Positions 1 through 13,650 are shown, counted from the first letter of the stretch. The stretch: DNA of 64,000 bases from Eledone cirrhosa (GCA_964016885.1 OZ024746.1:72416001-72480000); one strand, 5' to 3'. Translations and numbers: made by a program. Notes: a model not told the origin generated them from the sequence alone.

Positions 1-480
1 ACGAAGGAAAGGCGGTTTTCCTCTGTGTGATAGCTATGGCGAAAGAAGTTGTATGGTGGACAAGGTTGAAAGGGCTGAGGTCAGACACCTTTCTCTCCGG
101 CCAACAACTGGTCTTTTTTTTCAAGTACCACTTTAGAAGAAGGATCAGAATGGAGAGAGAGGTGCTCTGCCCCAACAAGTTTTATGAAAGGTGGGTGAAA
201 GTAGCGAGAATGGCCCGAGTGAATGGGCCTTCTCTCTATATCAGCCTGTAGGTGAGAGAGGAGAAGAATGAGAAGAGGAAGGAAGCACCCGCTCTTTGTG
301 CTCCTGAAGAGGCACATTTTTTCGGCGGGGTGTGCGACCCATGTCAACGCCCCTCCCTATTGAGGACATCGATTGTTAAATTTAATTTGTTATATGTTTT
401 TTACACGTCTTTTTAAATGTATGTAAACCCCCCCCCCCTTTGTATTTGTCCCAATCTTTGATGCCCTGGTGGCAAATAAA
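1..480 (+). mobile_element. 3' end of Tx1/L1-like LINE (ORF2 C-terminus plus 3' UTR)
   Basis: AMAKEVVWWTRLKGL...FFKYHFRRRIRMEREVL...RWVKVARMARVNGP aligns with the ORF2 C-terminus at 48359-48706; stop at 251, AATAAA near 475. Confidence 0.85.
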
Positions 481-504
481 TAGAAACTTATATCATTTAC
501 CACC

Positions 505-673
505 AAACTCTCCCTCTCTATATATCTATATCTCTCCCATCTCTCTCTACATAACATGTACATAAATTGTAGCGCATATACAAATAGATGTGTGTTTTGG
601 TAGTTTAGAGAGAAAAATATAATTATTAGCGGAGGAAAATGCCCCCCTGGCCCCACCAGTTCCACCGCCCCTG
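505..673. mobile_element. Partial non-autonomous DNA element (same family as 35125-35366 and 36400-36573)
   Basis: Shared block acataacatgtacataaattgtagcgcatatacaaatagatg...ccagttccaccgcccctg occurs three times in the window. Confidence 0.7.
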
Positions 674-685
674 TCAATACATAGT

Positions 686-941
686 ATATTAAAATTTCAT
701 ACACTTAACATGTATCAGCGACCTTAGGTTTCTGGGTTCAGTTATAGCCATCACTGTTTAGTGGAAGAGCCATTCCAAAACTGACCTCCCTGTGAAATAA
801 CGGTTTTTCTTTGAATTTTGTCCTTGTGATTGGCGAATGAGGCCAGTTTTAGAACGGCTCATCCACTACACAGTGATGACCATAATTGGACCCGGAAACC
901 TAAGTTCGTGCATACGTGGTAAGTATATGAAATTTTAATAT
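686..941. repeat. Fold-back element/MITE with about 100 bp imperfect inverted arms
   Basis: tatattaaaatttcatacacttaacatg...aaaactgacctc (686-788) is an imperfect reverse complement of gaggccagtttt...gtatatgaaattttaatata (839-941). Confidence 0.8.
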
Positions 942-2034
942 ATAGTAAATAAAGTCTTTTGTACTAGATTACGCATTGTTTTCCTTGGCTTTTTATCTAC
1001 GAGTATCCTGCATATACATACATATACACACAGCATTCACAGAATTTGAAAACAATATATATATATATATTGTTTTCAAATTCTGTGGTTGCTGGGTTTC
1101 TTTTGTCCTTTGTTTTTGTTTTTGCTGCTGTCTTTTTAGCACGCCTGTAATTAAAAGCGTTCTAACCATGACAATCCACTTTTTTATTTCTGAGCATCGT
1201 ATATCTAGGGTTCATTTGAATTTTTTGTTTGAATCCCACCGAGGTCAACTTCACATTATTTTATTATGGCCATCATGGTTTTGATCTCAAATCTAACTGT
1301 AGTAAAATGCGTCTTTTATTTATTTATTTATCAAAATACCAGTTAAGTATTGGATTCGGTATAATCGATTAAATCACTTCGCAAGAATATTTGTGGCCTT
1401 GTAATTATGTTAGAAATCACGTAATCAAGAAATCGATAATACACTCTATATGTTAGGGAAGTTTTTATAAACATTGATTCTTCGTTAGTTTTTAATGTTG
1501 CTGATACGAAAACTTCTTAAGCTGCGCGAAGGACGATGCGGTATGGTTCTTTTCGTTCCTCTCACCATATTGCAGTTTTGGTGGTCTTATTCGCGCAAGT
1601 CTAGACTAATCCAGGACTTTCTCAAACCCGCAAAGACTAGGCTTTTTTAGAGGCGGCCTTTAGTCGCCTCGTTATAGCTACATCACTGTGTTGTGATGTA
1701 GGTATCTCCTATTGTTCCATCTCCCCTAGTAGTTTACCGCTGTTGATCGGGGGCTGCTTATTCGTCCGGCAGCTGCCCGCTTATATTGCAGCTAACCATC
1801 ATATCCGCTGGCCGTATCGCTATCCGCCACCTGTGATCCGTTCTCTAACAGAACAGCTCTACCGAGAAGGGACACGTCCAGGCCTTAAGTAGAGGGGCCT
1901 GTTCGAAAAATATATTGCAGTCTCCATTTCATGCCGCAAAAATTGGTGATGGGCCTTCGACCTGTCCTGGGAGGTGTGGGATGGACGCACAAAGATTGTG
2001 TATCCCGAGATCCCAAAGAGGGTTCGGAAGGGAG

Positions 2035-2335
2035 CAAACTTTGATAATTGGAACCTGGAACATCACAACCTTTACAGGCAATGGAGAAGGCTAGATACTA
2101 CCGGCTAGATCTAGTCGGGGTTTCCTCAACAAAGTTCTGTGGCTCTGATACTGTAGATTTGGATGGAGGATGGAAACTCCACTATTCAGGTGTTGCACCA
2201 GAAATGACTACACAAGCAGGAGTGGGGATACTCACAAGCCCCCAGCTGTCAGAATGTGTTATGGATTTGCCACTTGAAGTTTAGGCTGAAAGGTCTCTGT
2301 GAGTGGTGCAAGTTTGTGAACTTGCACCAAATACA
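2035..2335 (+). pseudogene. RTE-clade (Expander/Rex3-like) LINE APE endonuclease N-terminal fragment
   Basis: LIIGTWNITT, then after a frameshift ARYYRLDLVGVSSTK..GSDTVDLDGGWKLHYSGV...AGVGILTSPQL, typical RTE APE motifs. Confidence 0.85.
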
Positions 2336-3618
2336 ACCACGTTTCTTTACCTTTGCAATCTCATCTTGTGGATGAATTTTTGTTTAGCCCCTGGTCAATC
2401 CTGGTCTGGCCAATCTATGATCAATGACGTTCCAACCTTTACCCGTCTTTATAGGCAGACTTAACATACTCCGAACTACAAGTAAAGCAATGCATTGGAG
2501 TTCCTACATATACAACCACAGCATTCATACATTAGTATTGGGTATCTAGATACGGTGGGTCCCTGAGAAACTGCCTAATATGCCCATGCCTTCAGACGAC
2601 ATTACTATGTCCTATCTGTTTCGTGTCGGTAGGGCGTGTTTTGAGGAAGATTCGACTGCTATTTCTAATAGCCAAATCTCCTTCAAAATATCCTAGCTGG
2701 TATCCGTTCTAATCGGGACTGTTTCTCGATAGTTAAAATTTAAGTAGTAGTTGTTTTTTTCTATAATGGAAAGGAGGACAACAACATGTTCAGCTAAACA
2801 TATATGTAATCTAATAGACTCCTATACTGAACATGAGGTATGTGTTGCTCCATTGTCTCGGTGGACAGATTGGCGAAAATGATACTACAAATGAGGGCGA
2901 AAGACATGTGCTGAAATAGCTAGCCCAACTCATGAGGTTCATTTCCAACATGATCGCAGTAATTAGAGAGGTAGATCGCTAAGGGTTCGATGATAAACAT
3001 ATCGGAAAGCAGTCGGTACTTAATCAGCTTATTTTGTTGTTATTGAGAAGAACTATATTGAAAACCTTTCCAGATGTGACAGTCCTGATTTCTATTTTTT
3101 TTTTAAATTAAATTTAGACATAGTATGTCAACTATTATATAACCCAGTGTATTACTCCTTTTATGAGAATGTAGAGAGCGTTTTCATATAGGTGTGGCCA
3201 GAGGCGTACTGGTCATACGAGCATTGAACCAATATCCACTGGTCCGCTGAGCTGGATTAAAAAAAGAACAGTTGAAAAAATGATTGAAATGTAAATGGAA
3301 CGCTTCTTATTTGAGCAGTGAAAACACGCCCCTGACCGTCAATAGTCAACATTGTTTGTCTGTCACCTTAGCTGAACAGTAAAAATACACTTCTAACACT
3401 CAGTAGTCAGCATTCTGTTAGTCTGTATCATCAGAGTTGAACCGGTTTTAAGACTCAGCACCTCTTCGGGTATGGCTGCTATTTCTAGCAAATCGAGTGA
3501 CTTTGTAGATGTTTTCAAGTTGGATTGATAGGCTTGGCTATCTATCCACGAATGAGAGATCGATTGAAATGAGTGGATTTGTGTCTGAAAATGTTTGAAA
3601 TTATATTCATATAATATA

Positions 3619-3648
<30 letters not shown>

Positions 3649-3650
<2 letters not shown>

Positions 3651-4916
3651 CATTATGAAGAGAGAAGAAACATTTAGATATAATTAGTAATAAAATGTAT
3701 CATACCTAAACTGTTCCTAAATTCCTCGACTACGTAGTTTCGTGGCATAAACAAAAACAATATATCAAAGACATAGAGTCCTTGCGAGGTCTGCCGACTT
3801 ATCAAGAGGATACCTCATTTTACTAGTCTCAAGAACGCGTCTACACGACGCGAGAAAGAATCCCAAAAGGCGGAGGGGGAGACAGTCACGCGATATAACG
3901 GTCGAGAAACAGAGCTAAGCCTCTTATAACCACGAAGAAAATACCACGGAGGCGGAGGGGGTATTCACATCGAGGCCGCAGAAGAGGTAGTGAAGAAGGC
4001 GAGAAGTATGAGTAATGGAAGCTTTCCAGTTGTCCCCACACTTCAAAGATTGCTCGACCAGAGGGAGTTATTAATATATTTAGAAACACACAGATACATG
4101 CGGACACACACATATATACATGAATGCATCCGCACCCAACTGTGAGTTAAGGGTGCCAACTTCACCGATGTTGCTCAATGAATGACTGGGACAGACTAAT
4201 TCAGTTTGAACCAGACTGAACCAGTATCAGAGTTAAAAATACATTATGAAGAGAGAAGAAACATTTAGATATAATTAGTAATAAAATGTATCATACCTAA
4301 ACTGTTCCTAAATTCCTCGACTACGTAGTTTCGTGGCATAAACAAAAACAATATATCAAAGACATAGAGTCCTTGCGAGGTCTGCCGACTTATCAAGAGG
4401 ATACCTCATTTTACTAGTCTCAAGAACGCGTCTACACGACGCGAGAAAGAATCCCAAAAGGCGGAGGGGGAGACAGTCACGCGATATAACGGTCGAGAAA
4501 CAGAGCTAAGCCTCTTATAACCACGAAGAAAATACCACGGAGGCGGAGGGGGTATTCACATCGAGGCCGCAGAAGAGGTAGTGAAGAAGGCGAGAAGTAT
4601 GAGTAATGGAAGCTTTCCAGTTGTCCCCACACTTCAAAGATTGCTCGACCAGAGGGAGTTATTAATATATTTAGAAACACACAGATACATGCGGACACAC
4701 ACATATATACATGAATGCATCCGCACCCAACTGTGAGTTAAGGGTGCCAACTTCACCGATGTTGCTCAATGAATGACTGGTTCAAACTGAATTAGTCTGT
4801 CCCAGTCATTCATTGAGCAACATCGGTGAAGTTGGCACCCTTAACTCACAGTTGGGTGCGGATGCATTCATGTATATATGTGTGTGTCCGCATGTATCTG
4901 TGTGTTTCTAAATATA
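3649..4916 (-). mobile_element. Retrozyme/Penelope-terminal-repeat-like element: two 591 bp tandem units plus an inverted partial copy
   Basis: 3649-4189 repeats at +591; 4781-4916 is the reverse complement of about 4075-4210; each unit carries a hammerhead motif; flanked by (TA)n. Confidence 0.8.
3723..3810 (-). ncRNA. Type I hammerhead ribozyme motif, U3-A8 variant (identical copy at 4314-4401)
   Basis: Minus strand: tcctc TTGATAA gtcggca...tgccac GAAA ctacgtag TC gagga. Confidence 0.75.
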
Positions 4917-4920
4917 TATT

Positions 4921-4998
<78 letters not shown>

Positions 4999-5443
4999 GT
5001 ATATTAGATTCTATACTAGATCAATAGAAGGATATATATATATTTACATAGATATGCACGCACATACACACATACACTTACTCACACACACACATGTATG
5101 TATGGTGACAGTGGACTATTTTTCACTGTTGTCCTCTCGTTATAACACAATAACAGGCTGCGACCTGAGAAGCGGATATATAAATTGTTTGTAACTATCT
5201 GCCTTAAGGATAAATGAAAACATAGACATATACACTCTCTGTCGGAGTAATACATAATTAAGAGAGAGGTAGGAAAACATACAGAGCGGGAGCGAGAGGG
5301 AAGCAGAGTAACATAACGGCAAAAGAATTTATTTTTGAAAAATAAGACAAAAGTAAGATAAAAGGACATGCGAAACTAAGGGATTCATATTACAAATGTA
5401 GTGAGTATTTCTTTATTGTACGTATGTGTGCCGGTGTGCGTAT

Positions 5444-5510
<67 letters not shown>

Positions 5511-5515
5511 CGTAT

Positions 5516-5547
<32 letters not shown>

Positions 5548-5700
5548 GTGTGTGTGTGTGTATACACACAAATTTTCAAGGTGTTAAACTAATATATTTC
5601 TTCAATGTACTGTGTCGTTTGCTTTGTTACTTCTGTTTACGTTTTATATAATCACACACACACACGAGCGCGCGCATATATATATATATATATACACATG

Positions 5701-5755
<55 letters not shown>

Positions 5756-6122
5756 ATGTGGTGTACATTTATGAAGTATGTCAACGAGCAGAAGTCTGTA
5801 CGTGTGAAGTGTGAAAGAGAGACAGAAAAAGAAAACTAAGACAGCAAGAGAGAAAAAGAATCGTGTAAGTGAATCAAATGCTCTTCCTTGCATAACTTAG
5901 GAGCCGTGTTTTCTTTGGAAAGTTATATACACACCTGAAGTCAGGTTCCGGCTGAAAGGTCAAGTGGAATTTATTAGAAATTAACTATACAAACATATGT
6001 CTAATACAGTGTTTGACTGAGTGGCGACCGGTTATTATGAATTGTCGTCTGCCGAGTCAATGTTAATCACTACTGCTGCTACGGTGGTGGTGGTGGTGGT
6101 GGTGGTCACTTATGATCCTAAT

Positions 6123-6237
6123 ATGTATCGGGAAACATACGTACGTGCTTGTGTGTATATACATATATGCATATATATATATATATATATATATGTATCG
6201 GGAAACATACGTACGTGCTTGTGTGTATATACATATA

Positions 6238-6298
<61 letters not shown>

Positions 6299-6337
6299 CG
6301 GGAAACATACGTACGTGCTTGTGTGTATATACATATA

Positions 6338-6374
<37 letters not shown>

Positions 6375-6559
6375 GGAAACATACGTACGTGCTTGTGTGT
6401 ATATACATATATACATATATGCATATATATATATGTGTGTATCGGGAAACATACGTACGTGCTTGTGTGTATATACATATATACATATATACATATATGC
6501 ATATATATATATGTGTGTATCGGGAAACATACGTACGTGCTTGTGTGTATATACATATA

Positions 6560-6628
<69 letters not shown>

Positions 6629-6676
6629 CAGGAAACATACGTACGTGCTTTTGTGTATATACATATATGCATATAT
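6123..6676. repeat. Compound minisatellite: gtatcgggaaacatacgtacgtgcttgtgtgtatatacatatatgc + variable (AT)n, 7 units
   Basis: Direct inspection. Confidence 0.95.
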
Positions 6677-6769
6677 AAGCGAAAACCAACCAAACAGTGA
6701 GTGTGTTCTGTTATTAATTCTGGCAATATTACACAAATATGACCCTCCCCAAGTATAACCATATATATA

Positions 6770-6840
<71 letters not shown>

Positions 6841-6851
6841 ATATATATATA

Positions 6852-7284
6852 GTTATACTTTGGGAGGGTCATGTTGCCAATAAGAAACACACGCACCAGT
6901 TGCTTTGACTCCAGTTTATTATAAATTAAATTTATAAATTTAAGAATTTATAAATTTCCGGTTGGTTGGTTGGTTCTATAACCGGACGGTTGTTCATATA
7001 TTGTCAAAGTTCTTTCGTCACACATTCTGTGACCTCTTCAGTGACAGGGGATTCTTTTCTTTGTTTTCGTGCCTCTCCTTTGTTCTGTCCTACGCCATCT
7101 TGTTTTTTGTGTGTGTTGCGTGCTTAGTTTGCGCATATATGAACAACCGTCCGGTTATGGAACCAACCAACCAACCGGAAATTTATAAATTCTTAAATTT
7201 ATAAATTTAATTTATAATAAATTGGAGTGAAAGCAACTGGTGCGTGTGTTTCTTATTGGCAACATGGCCCTCCCAAAGTATAAC
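6852..7284 (-). mobile_element. Fold-back element with about 149 bp inverted arms and a hammerhead motif in the spacer
   Basis: 6852-7000 is a near-perfect reverse complement of 7136-7284; minus 7002-7046 reads tgtca CTGAAGA g gtcaca gaatg tgtgac GAAA gaac TT tgaca. Confidence 0.8.
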
Positions 7285-7500
7285 AATATTGGTTTCAACA
7301 CACGTTTTCAGATAAAGAATCTTGCTAAACAAATTCAGAAACGAAATATATATATATATATAAGTATGGAACTCTACCCCCTTTTCCAACTATATATATA
7401 TACATACACACGCGCTTACACACACACATATATATAAGTATATGTGTGTGTGTGTGTGTCTGTGTAAGCGTGTGTGTATGTACATATATATATATATATA

Positions 7501-7564
<64 letters not shown>

Positions 7565-7570
<6 letters not shown>

Positions 7571-7741
7571 GGAAAAAGGGGTAAAGTTCCATACAAATCA
7601 AAGAATATAGGTAAAAAGTAAAAGTGAAAAAGCACAGGTGTATATTTAAAGATTACCGCATTTCCCGGTGTCGAAGACGCTATTTTTTTTCCTAAAATAA
7701 GTCTAAAAAACTACTATGCGTCCTGGAGGCCGAAGGTTTAT

Positions 7742-7773
<32 letters not shown>

Positions 7774-9030
7774 CAAATTTTTGGTTATCAAAACCGGGGT
7801 GCGCCCTAAAGGACGAAGCGTCTTCGGCGCCGGGAAATACGGTAATTTTTCTTTAAGCCGACAGGATAAATGTTTTGTCAAATATTACCGGTTTCGATAT
7901 GTATGTTAATCTTAACAAATATTTTAAAAGTTTCTTCTCGTATTCTGTGAGAGGGTAGTACATATCTCTTCTTATATATATGTATTTCATGAAGGTGGGG
8001 TAGGAAAGGAGAAAGTGGAGTTGAACAGATCAGGATTCTATTGATTCACTAGAAAATTCTCTTGATTTGAATAGAAGGTCCAGATGGCATTTTGCTGTTC
8101 CGTGGTGTGTGTGTGTGAGGCGGGGGGGGGGGGGTATGTGTTGTGTATATTTAGGTTGAGTTCCATTCTGTCAAGAGTTCTAGTTATTTTCAGTATTTGT
8201 AAAAATAGCTAAAAGTGGATATAAAGTTTTTCTTTTGTCTTGTGATGCGTGGAGAGGATGGAGCTTCATTGTGTCAAAAGCTCAAGTTTATTTGTTGGGG
8301 TATGCAGATAAAAACAAGAATAAAAGCATGGAGATAGGTAAATAAAAATACAAATATAGATGTAAACATGATTGAAAATGGTCTTTTGATGGGAAGGGGG
8401 TTACATTTGACACAGAATGGGATTCTGGAAAATTTTATTTTAAAAATTCCTTACTAAAAAAAGAAAGAAAGAAAAGGCTTTTTGGTGAAGATTTCTTTAA
8501 AGTTATGGTCTTTCCTCTTATCTTGTGGTGTGTGTGGTTTCATATACATATGTTTGCTCACAGATGTGTGTAGATTGGTTGTTCCCATCTATAAATCATT
8601 ATTCATTGTCTAATATGGGACAATTCCATTTTTAGTTGTGGTTTATATTTGTTAATGTATTGTTTTTCTTTCTTTATTCTCTGTTGTGGAGTGAAAGAAA
8701 ATATGAGTATTTGTAGAATGGAAAAATTTTGAAGTTGGGTAAATCTAATCCTTCACATGTCGCAATGCAACTTCTTAAGAAGATTTGTCTAGTGTTTTTA
8801 TCACTGATTTGTTGGCGGTGTCTGCCCTACGTAATTTTGGAGACACCCACAGCATTTAATCACACAGATTAGGTTTTCCAAGTTGTAGGTGAAATTTTTT
8901 TTGTTTTGAAGGTTTGCCCTTAAATTTGAATTCTGGTCCTTCAATCAGATATAAGCAGGTACCACAGGTTGTTCTTCCGTATTTTGAAACAGTGGAGTTG
9001 GAGATTTCTTTGCGGGTTGTGAGAAAAATA
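7565..9030 (-). mobile_element. Degenerate Penelope-like element 3' part: GIY-YIG remnant (about 8625-9030), 3' UTR, decayed hammerhead (7881-7923)
   Basis: Minus-strand translation across frameshifts: TCGTCLYLIEGPEFKF...NLICVIKCCGCLQNYVGQT..HRQQI...FKIFPFYK...RIKKEKQYINKYKPQL; gat...atc GAAA ccgg TA atatt downstream. Confidence 0.75.
7656..7842. mobile_element. Tc1/mariner-pogo-type MITE with TA target-site duplication
   Basis: TA-ccgcatttcccggtgtcgaagacgc ... gcgtcttcggcgccgggaaatacgg-TA terminal inverted repeats. Confidence 0.85.
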
Positions 9031-9302
9031 TAGCTATGCATAACTTTCTTAATAATAAATACTTTATACAGAGACATCATAAATACAACGATTATATTTA
9101 AAAAAATTAGGAAAAAATATATTTTACAGAAAAGTCTTCGTTGCCTGAAAATGATTACCAAAACTTTATTTACAGAAGATTAACAAACTTTATTTACAGA
9201 AGAAATCTTGCTCATAAAAACATTTACTAACATACTTTTATGAATATATCTAAACATTGACAGATAATTACACATACACGCAGACACAATAAAATTCTAA
9301 AT

Positions 9303-9342
<40 letters not shown>

Positions 9343-9366
9343 AATATATATAATATATAATATATA

Positions 9367-9409
<43 letters not shown>

Positions 9410-10489
9410 CACCCCCCGACCCCACGCACACGAACACATACACCCACTTACATCACCCACTCTACACGCAACTAATATCACTAACACCCCCCGATCCCAC
9501 ACACACCCACTTACACCACCCACTCTACACACCCTACCACCACTGACCCCCACTAACACCCGCATTCAACCCTTTCCCCACCACCAGTATACTAACACCC
9601 ACTAACACCCCTTCACCACACACACAGTCATCCAAACACGCACACACACACCAGTACACTACACCCCTCCATCGGCCCCCACACCTTTCTCTCTACCTCC
9701 CCCTCCACGCTACACTCACACCCCTTCTTACACACACACACATCCCACTAACACCTCTACTAATACACCCCACCCCCCTCCTCACTCCAACTTTCACACC
9801 TACCCGTCCCCTCCCCTGTCCACCGCACCTCCGCACACACTGACACACCGACTTTCTTCACTTACCATTCTCCCCGACTGCTGCTATGCCCTGAATCTCT
9901 GACCACCTCTCCGCACACACAGACACACAACCCTCCTCCTGCCTTGACCCTCTGACCACTTCCTGTTGCTCCCCTCTTCCGACCAACCCAACCACGGATT
10001 ACACACATTGGACATCGCTGCCAAGAATCAACTACATCACAAGGAAATTACTCAGCATCCCACCACATCCTCTACGGAACTACCTTAGGAACTCACCCAC
10101 GGACATACACTCAAAAAAAAAATGTTTCCCACGCGCCACCTACATCCACAACACGTATAAACACTACACACACGTGCGTACCACCACATATTTACACACT
10201 CAGCCTCCGGAATCCTCTCCGCCCACCCCTCTGACCCCTCCCCATCCACACACGCACACACACACCGACCTACACCCCACCCACACACACCTTTTCCTGA
10301 ACATGCAAACCCGTTCTTCCCCCAATTCTTACTTTCACATACACACACACACACGTACACCTACACACACACACACCACCTTCAGCCCTCCCCGCTCAGA
10401 CACCCCGCCACCCTCTCCACCCTCTCCACACTCCACCCGCCACCACCCCTACACGCCCCACACCCTTCCACCACTTGTTTTACTTCCTG

Positions 10490-10608
10490 TTTATTTTTAT
10501 TTTTATTTTTATTTTTATTTTTATTTTTATTTTTATTTTCATTTTTATTTTTATTTTTATTTTTATTTTTATTTTTATTTTTATTTTTATTTTTATTTTT
10601 ATTTTTAT
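10490..10608. repeat. (TTTTTA)n hexamer microsatellite
   Basis: Direct inspection. Confidence 0.95.
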
Positions 10609-10719
10609 TATGCTTTTATATTTAATTTCATTTGTACCGTTTCCTCTCACCCCCTTTTTTCTATATGTCTCTCCACCACTCCCCTACACACCCTTGGAAC
10701 TCTCTTCCCACACACTTTT

Positions 10720-10753
10720 CGCCTGAAGAAGGGCTTATGCCCGAAACGTCGTT
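10720..10753 (+). ncRNA. Minimal hammerhead motif (Penelope-type), stem I decayed
   Basis: c CTGAAGA a gggc ttat gccc GAAA cg TC g, followed by an AATAAA-containing tail and (TA)n. Confidence 0.6.
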
Positions 10754-11012
10754 CCCCACCACCACCCCACTCTCATGAGCGTGAAACTAATAAACCTTTG
10801 TTCGTACTGCATCTCTGTTTTGTTCCCGTTCAATTTTTTACTATATATATATATATATATAACCAAAGATTAGTATGGTTCGTTGATTACTCAACGAATA
10901 CAATTTTACAATAGATTAGAAGCACTCAACAGTGAGTTTATATAATATAAATGATAATGTAATATATTTATATATTACATTATCATTTATATTATATAAA
11001 TATATATATACA

Positions 11013-11074
<62 letters not shown>

Positions 11075-11181
11075 AACCGTCGTTCTTACAAATGTAATTC
11101 TGGTCCGACATTCGTGTTTATAAGGATTTCATTTCATAAAGGAAATTAATACCTAGATAAAGATTTCAGGTCAACAGCTAA

Positions 11182-11225
<44 letters not shown>

Positions 11226-11487
11226 CTATGTGTGTATGCGTGTGTCTTTCTATATACGTGTATTTATACGCATATGAATGAGTGGGTGTGTGCATGTGTG
11301 TATAATGTATTTGTATGTGTTTATGTGTATGTAAGTGGATAAGCCTTTTTATGCACATGCATGTGTATATATAGGTGCATGAGTTCGTATGTTATGTATG
11401 TGTGTGTGTTTCTGAATGTAAGTATTTTTGTACATAAATGTTTGTGTTTTTCTATACATGTGTATATGTGTATGTTTGCATGTATAC

Positions 11488-11518
<31 letters not shown>

Positions 11519-12216
11519 TGTATGTATGTATGTATGTATGTATGTATGTATGTATGTATATTTGGATGTATGCTCGCACATATGTTTGCATGTATACAGT
11601 TTTTAATGTACACGTATCTGTGTGTGTGTGTGTGTGTAGACACGCACACTGTCGATATTTATCATTTGTAACTGTGTGGCTTCTTTACCTTTGACTGTTT
11701 CTCTGTAACACGATAACAAGATATATGTCTAAATATTCTATATTTCGGAAAGAAAATACATCGAGATAATAGACATGACATTGATCCATGATCCAACAAA
11801 AGATAGACGTCTTCTTAGTACACACTTTTTTTTATTGGTTTCAGTCATTAGACTACAATAATGCTGGGGTACTAACTTGATATCCACCCAAGTTCTATTT
11901 CCTGTTATTTTACTATTTTTTTTCTTTTCTTGTTGTTCGTTTATTTGTTTGTTTTTGTCGTTGTTGCTGTTGTTTGTTTTTCATTATACGAGAGATAGTT
12001 TACTGCAACAATATCAACACACACGCGCGCGCGCGCGCGCGAGCCCGCGCACACACATATACACATGCACACACATACACACACATACACACACATACAC
12101 ACACACGCGCGCGCACACACATATACACATGCACACACATACACACACATACACACACATACACACACGCGCGCGCGCACACACATATACACATGCACAC
12201 ACATACACACACATAC

Positions 12217-12279
<63 letters not shown>

Positions 12280-12397
12280 CACACACAAACTACAATAAAC
12301 ATTACCCCAGAACTATATTACCACTCCTTTATAGGGGCAATAAGGGAGAAACGATAATACTATAACACACACACACACATACACACACATACACACG

Positions 12398-12443
<46 letters not shown>

Positions 12444-12517
12444 AACTACAATAAACATTACCCCAGAACTATATTACCACTCCTTTATAGGGGCAATAAG
12501 GGAGAAACGATAATACT

Positions 12518-12525
<8 letters not shown>
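12280..12525. repeat. Local duplication of a unique 75-80 bp segment embedded in (CA)/(CG) microsatellite
   Basis: caaactacaataaacattaccccagaac...gataatactataac occurs at about 12286 and about 12442. Confidence 0.9.
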
Positions 12526-12570
<45 letters not shown>

Positions 12571-12584
12571 GCGCGCGTTGATTT

Positions 12585-12740
12585 TACTGGGTTCTGTCAA
12601 TGGACTGCGGCCATGCTGGGACATTGCCTACAAAGGATTTAGTTGATCATATCGACCCTAGCATTTGTTTGTTTGTTATAGTTTTTTTTACCTTCATTTT
12701 TTTCCTTTTATGTCTGGCACTTATTTCATCGATCTCTATT
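12585..12740 (-). mobile_element. Decayed SINE of a second family (related pieces at about 11830-11900 and 39790-39850)
   Basis: gactgcggccatgctgg...tcgacc...ctggcacttatttcatcga; the reverse-complement motif ccagcatggcc..ag is at 39800. Confidence 0.55.
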
Positions 12741-12806
12741 TATCGATCTATTAAGTTAAAAAGCATAAACACTAAAGAACACCTGTTGATAAGTTGTGTA
12801 GACATA

Positions 12807-12911
<105 letters not shown>

Positions 12912-13109
12912 GCACAAACACACATACGCATACCCACACACACAAACATTAATCATAAACACCCAAAGAAACCACTAATAGTATGGAGCTAAATGGAGCC
13001 GAGTGACCTTTATGACTGCTCCACGCATGCCCAATCAACACACAAGAAAGATCCGTTGAAGGGGAACGCATCGTTTTTCGTTTTAATTTGAAAAGGTGGT
13101 TATTTTTTT

Positions 13110-13650
13110 TACCTTGAAATATTATGATGATACTTGGACATTTGTATAGACACATCAGAGCAGCACGAAGCTGACCATCGAACCCATACTCCTGCACAAC
13201 CTGCCACGGCATGTCTACAAAACAAGAATATACTTCTTGGCAATATTCCCACGATTTCGCGAAAACCTGCCGCAGTGTGAATATGTAGTTGACAGTGGTG
13301 CGTCCGGGGCGAAAACCGCACTATTTATCAGCTAGCTTGGACTCGACTATCTCCCTATATCACTTTGCCTGCCAGACACTTAGCATAGACTTTACCTTGG
13401 AGGCTTATCAAGGAGATCCCTCTCTAACTAGAACAATCTCTCTTTTCTCCTTTTTTGAAAATTGGGATTATCTCTCCCGATTGCCATTGTTTAGGTGCCT
13501 TTCCAGAGATCCAGGCCACCCGGCACACACGAGTCTGCCAGAGAATACCTTCTCTATTTAAGGCTTTTAACATCTCGGACAGATTTTACGGGCAAACCCA
13601 ACCGGCAAGAGACCAATGGTTAGACTCCGAGCAAGAGGGCTGGATAACAC
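13110..13650 (-). pseudogene. RTE-clade LINE reverse transcriptase fragment
   Basis: SEMLKALNREGILW..RVCRVAW.SGKAPKQWQSGEIIPIFKKGEKRDC..RGISLISLQGKVYAK...CGFRPGRTTVNYIFTLRQVFAKSWEY. Confidence 0.9.

Noticed and set aside
3886-4704. Duplicated 75 aa ORF on the minus strand
   Set aside because: No recognisable motif, starts in TG-rich sequence; explained by the 591 bp tandem duplication.
5163-5215. CTGAGAA followed by a gcggata/tatctgc stem
   Set aside because: No GAAA after the stem and no closing stem I.
6123-6676. Repeat-spacer pattern resembling a CRISPR array
   Set aside because: The spacers are only variable-length (AT)n, there are no cas genes, and the context is eukaryotic.
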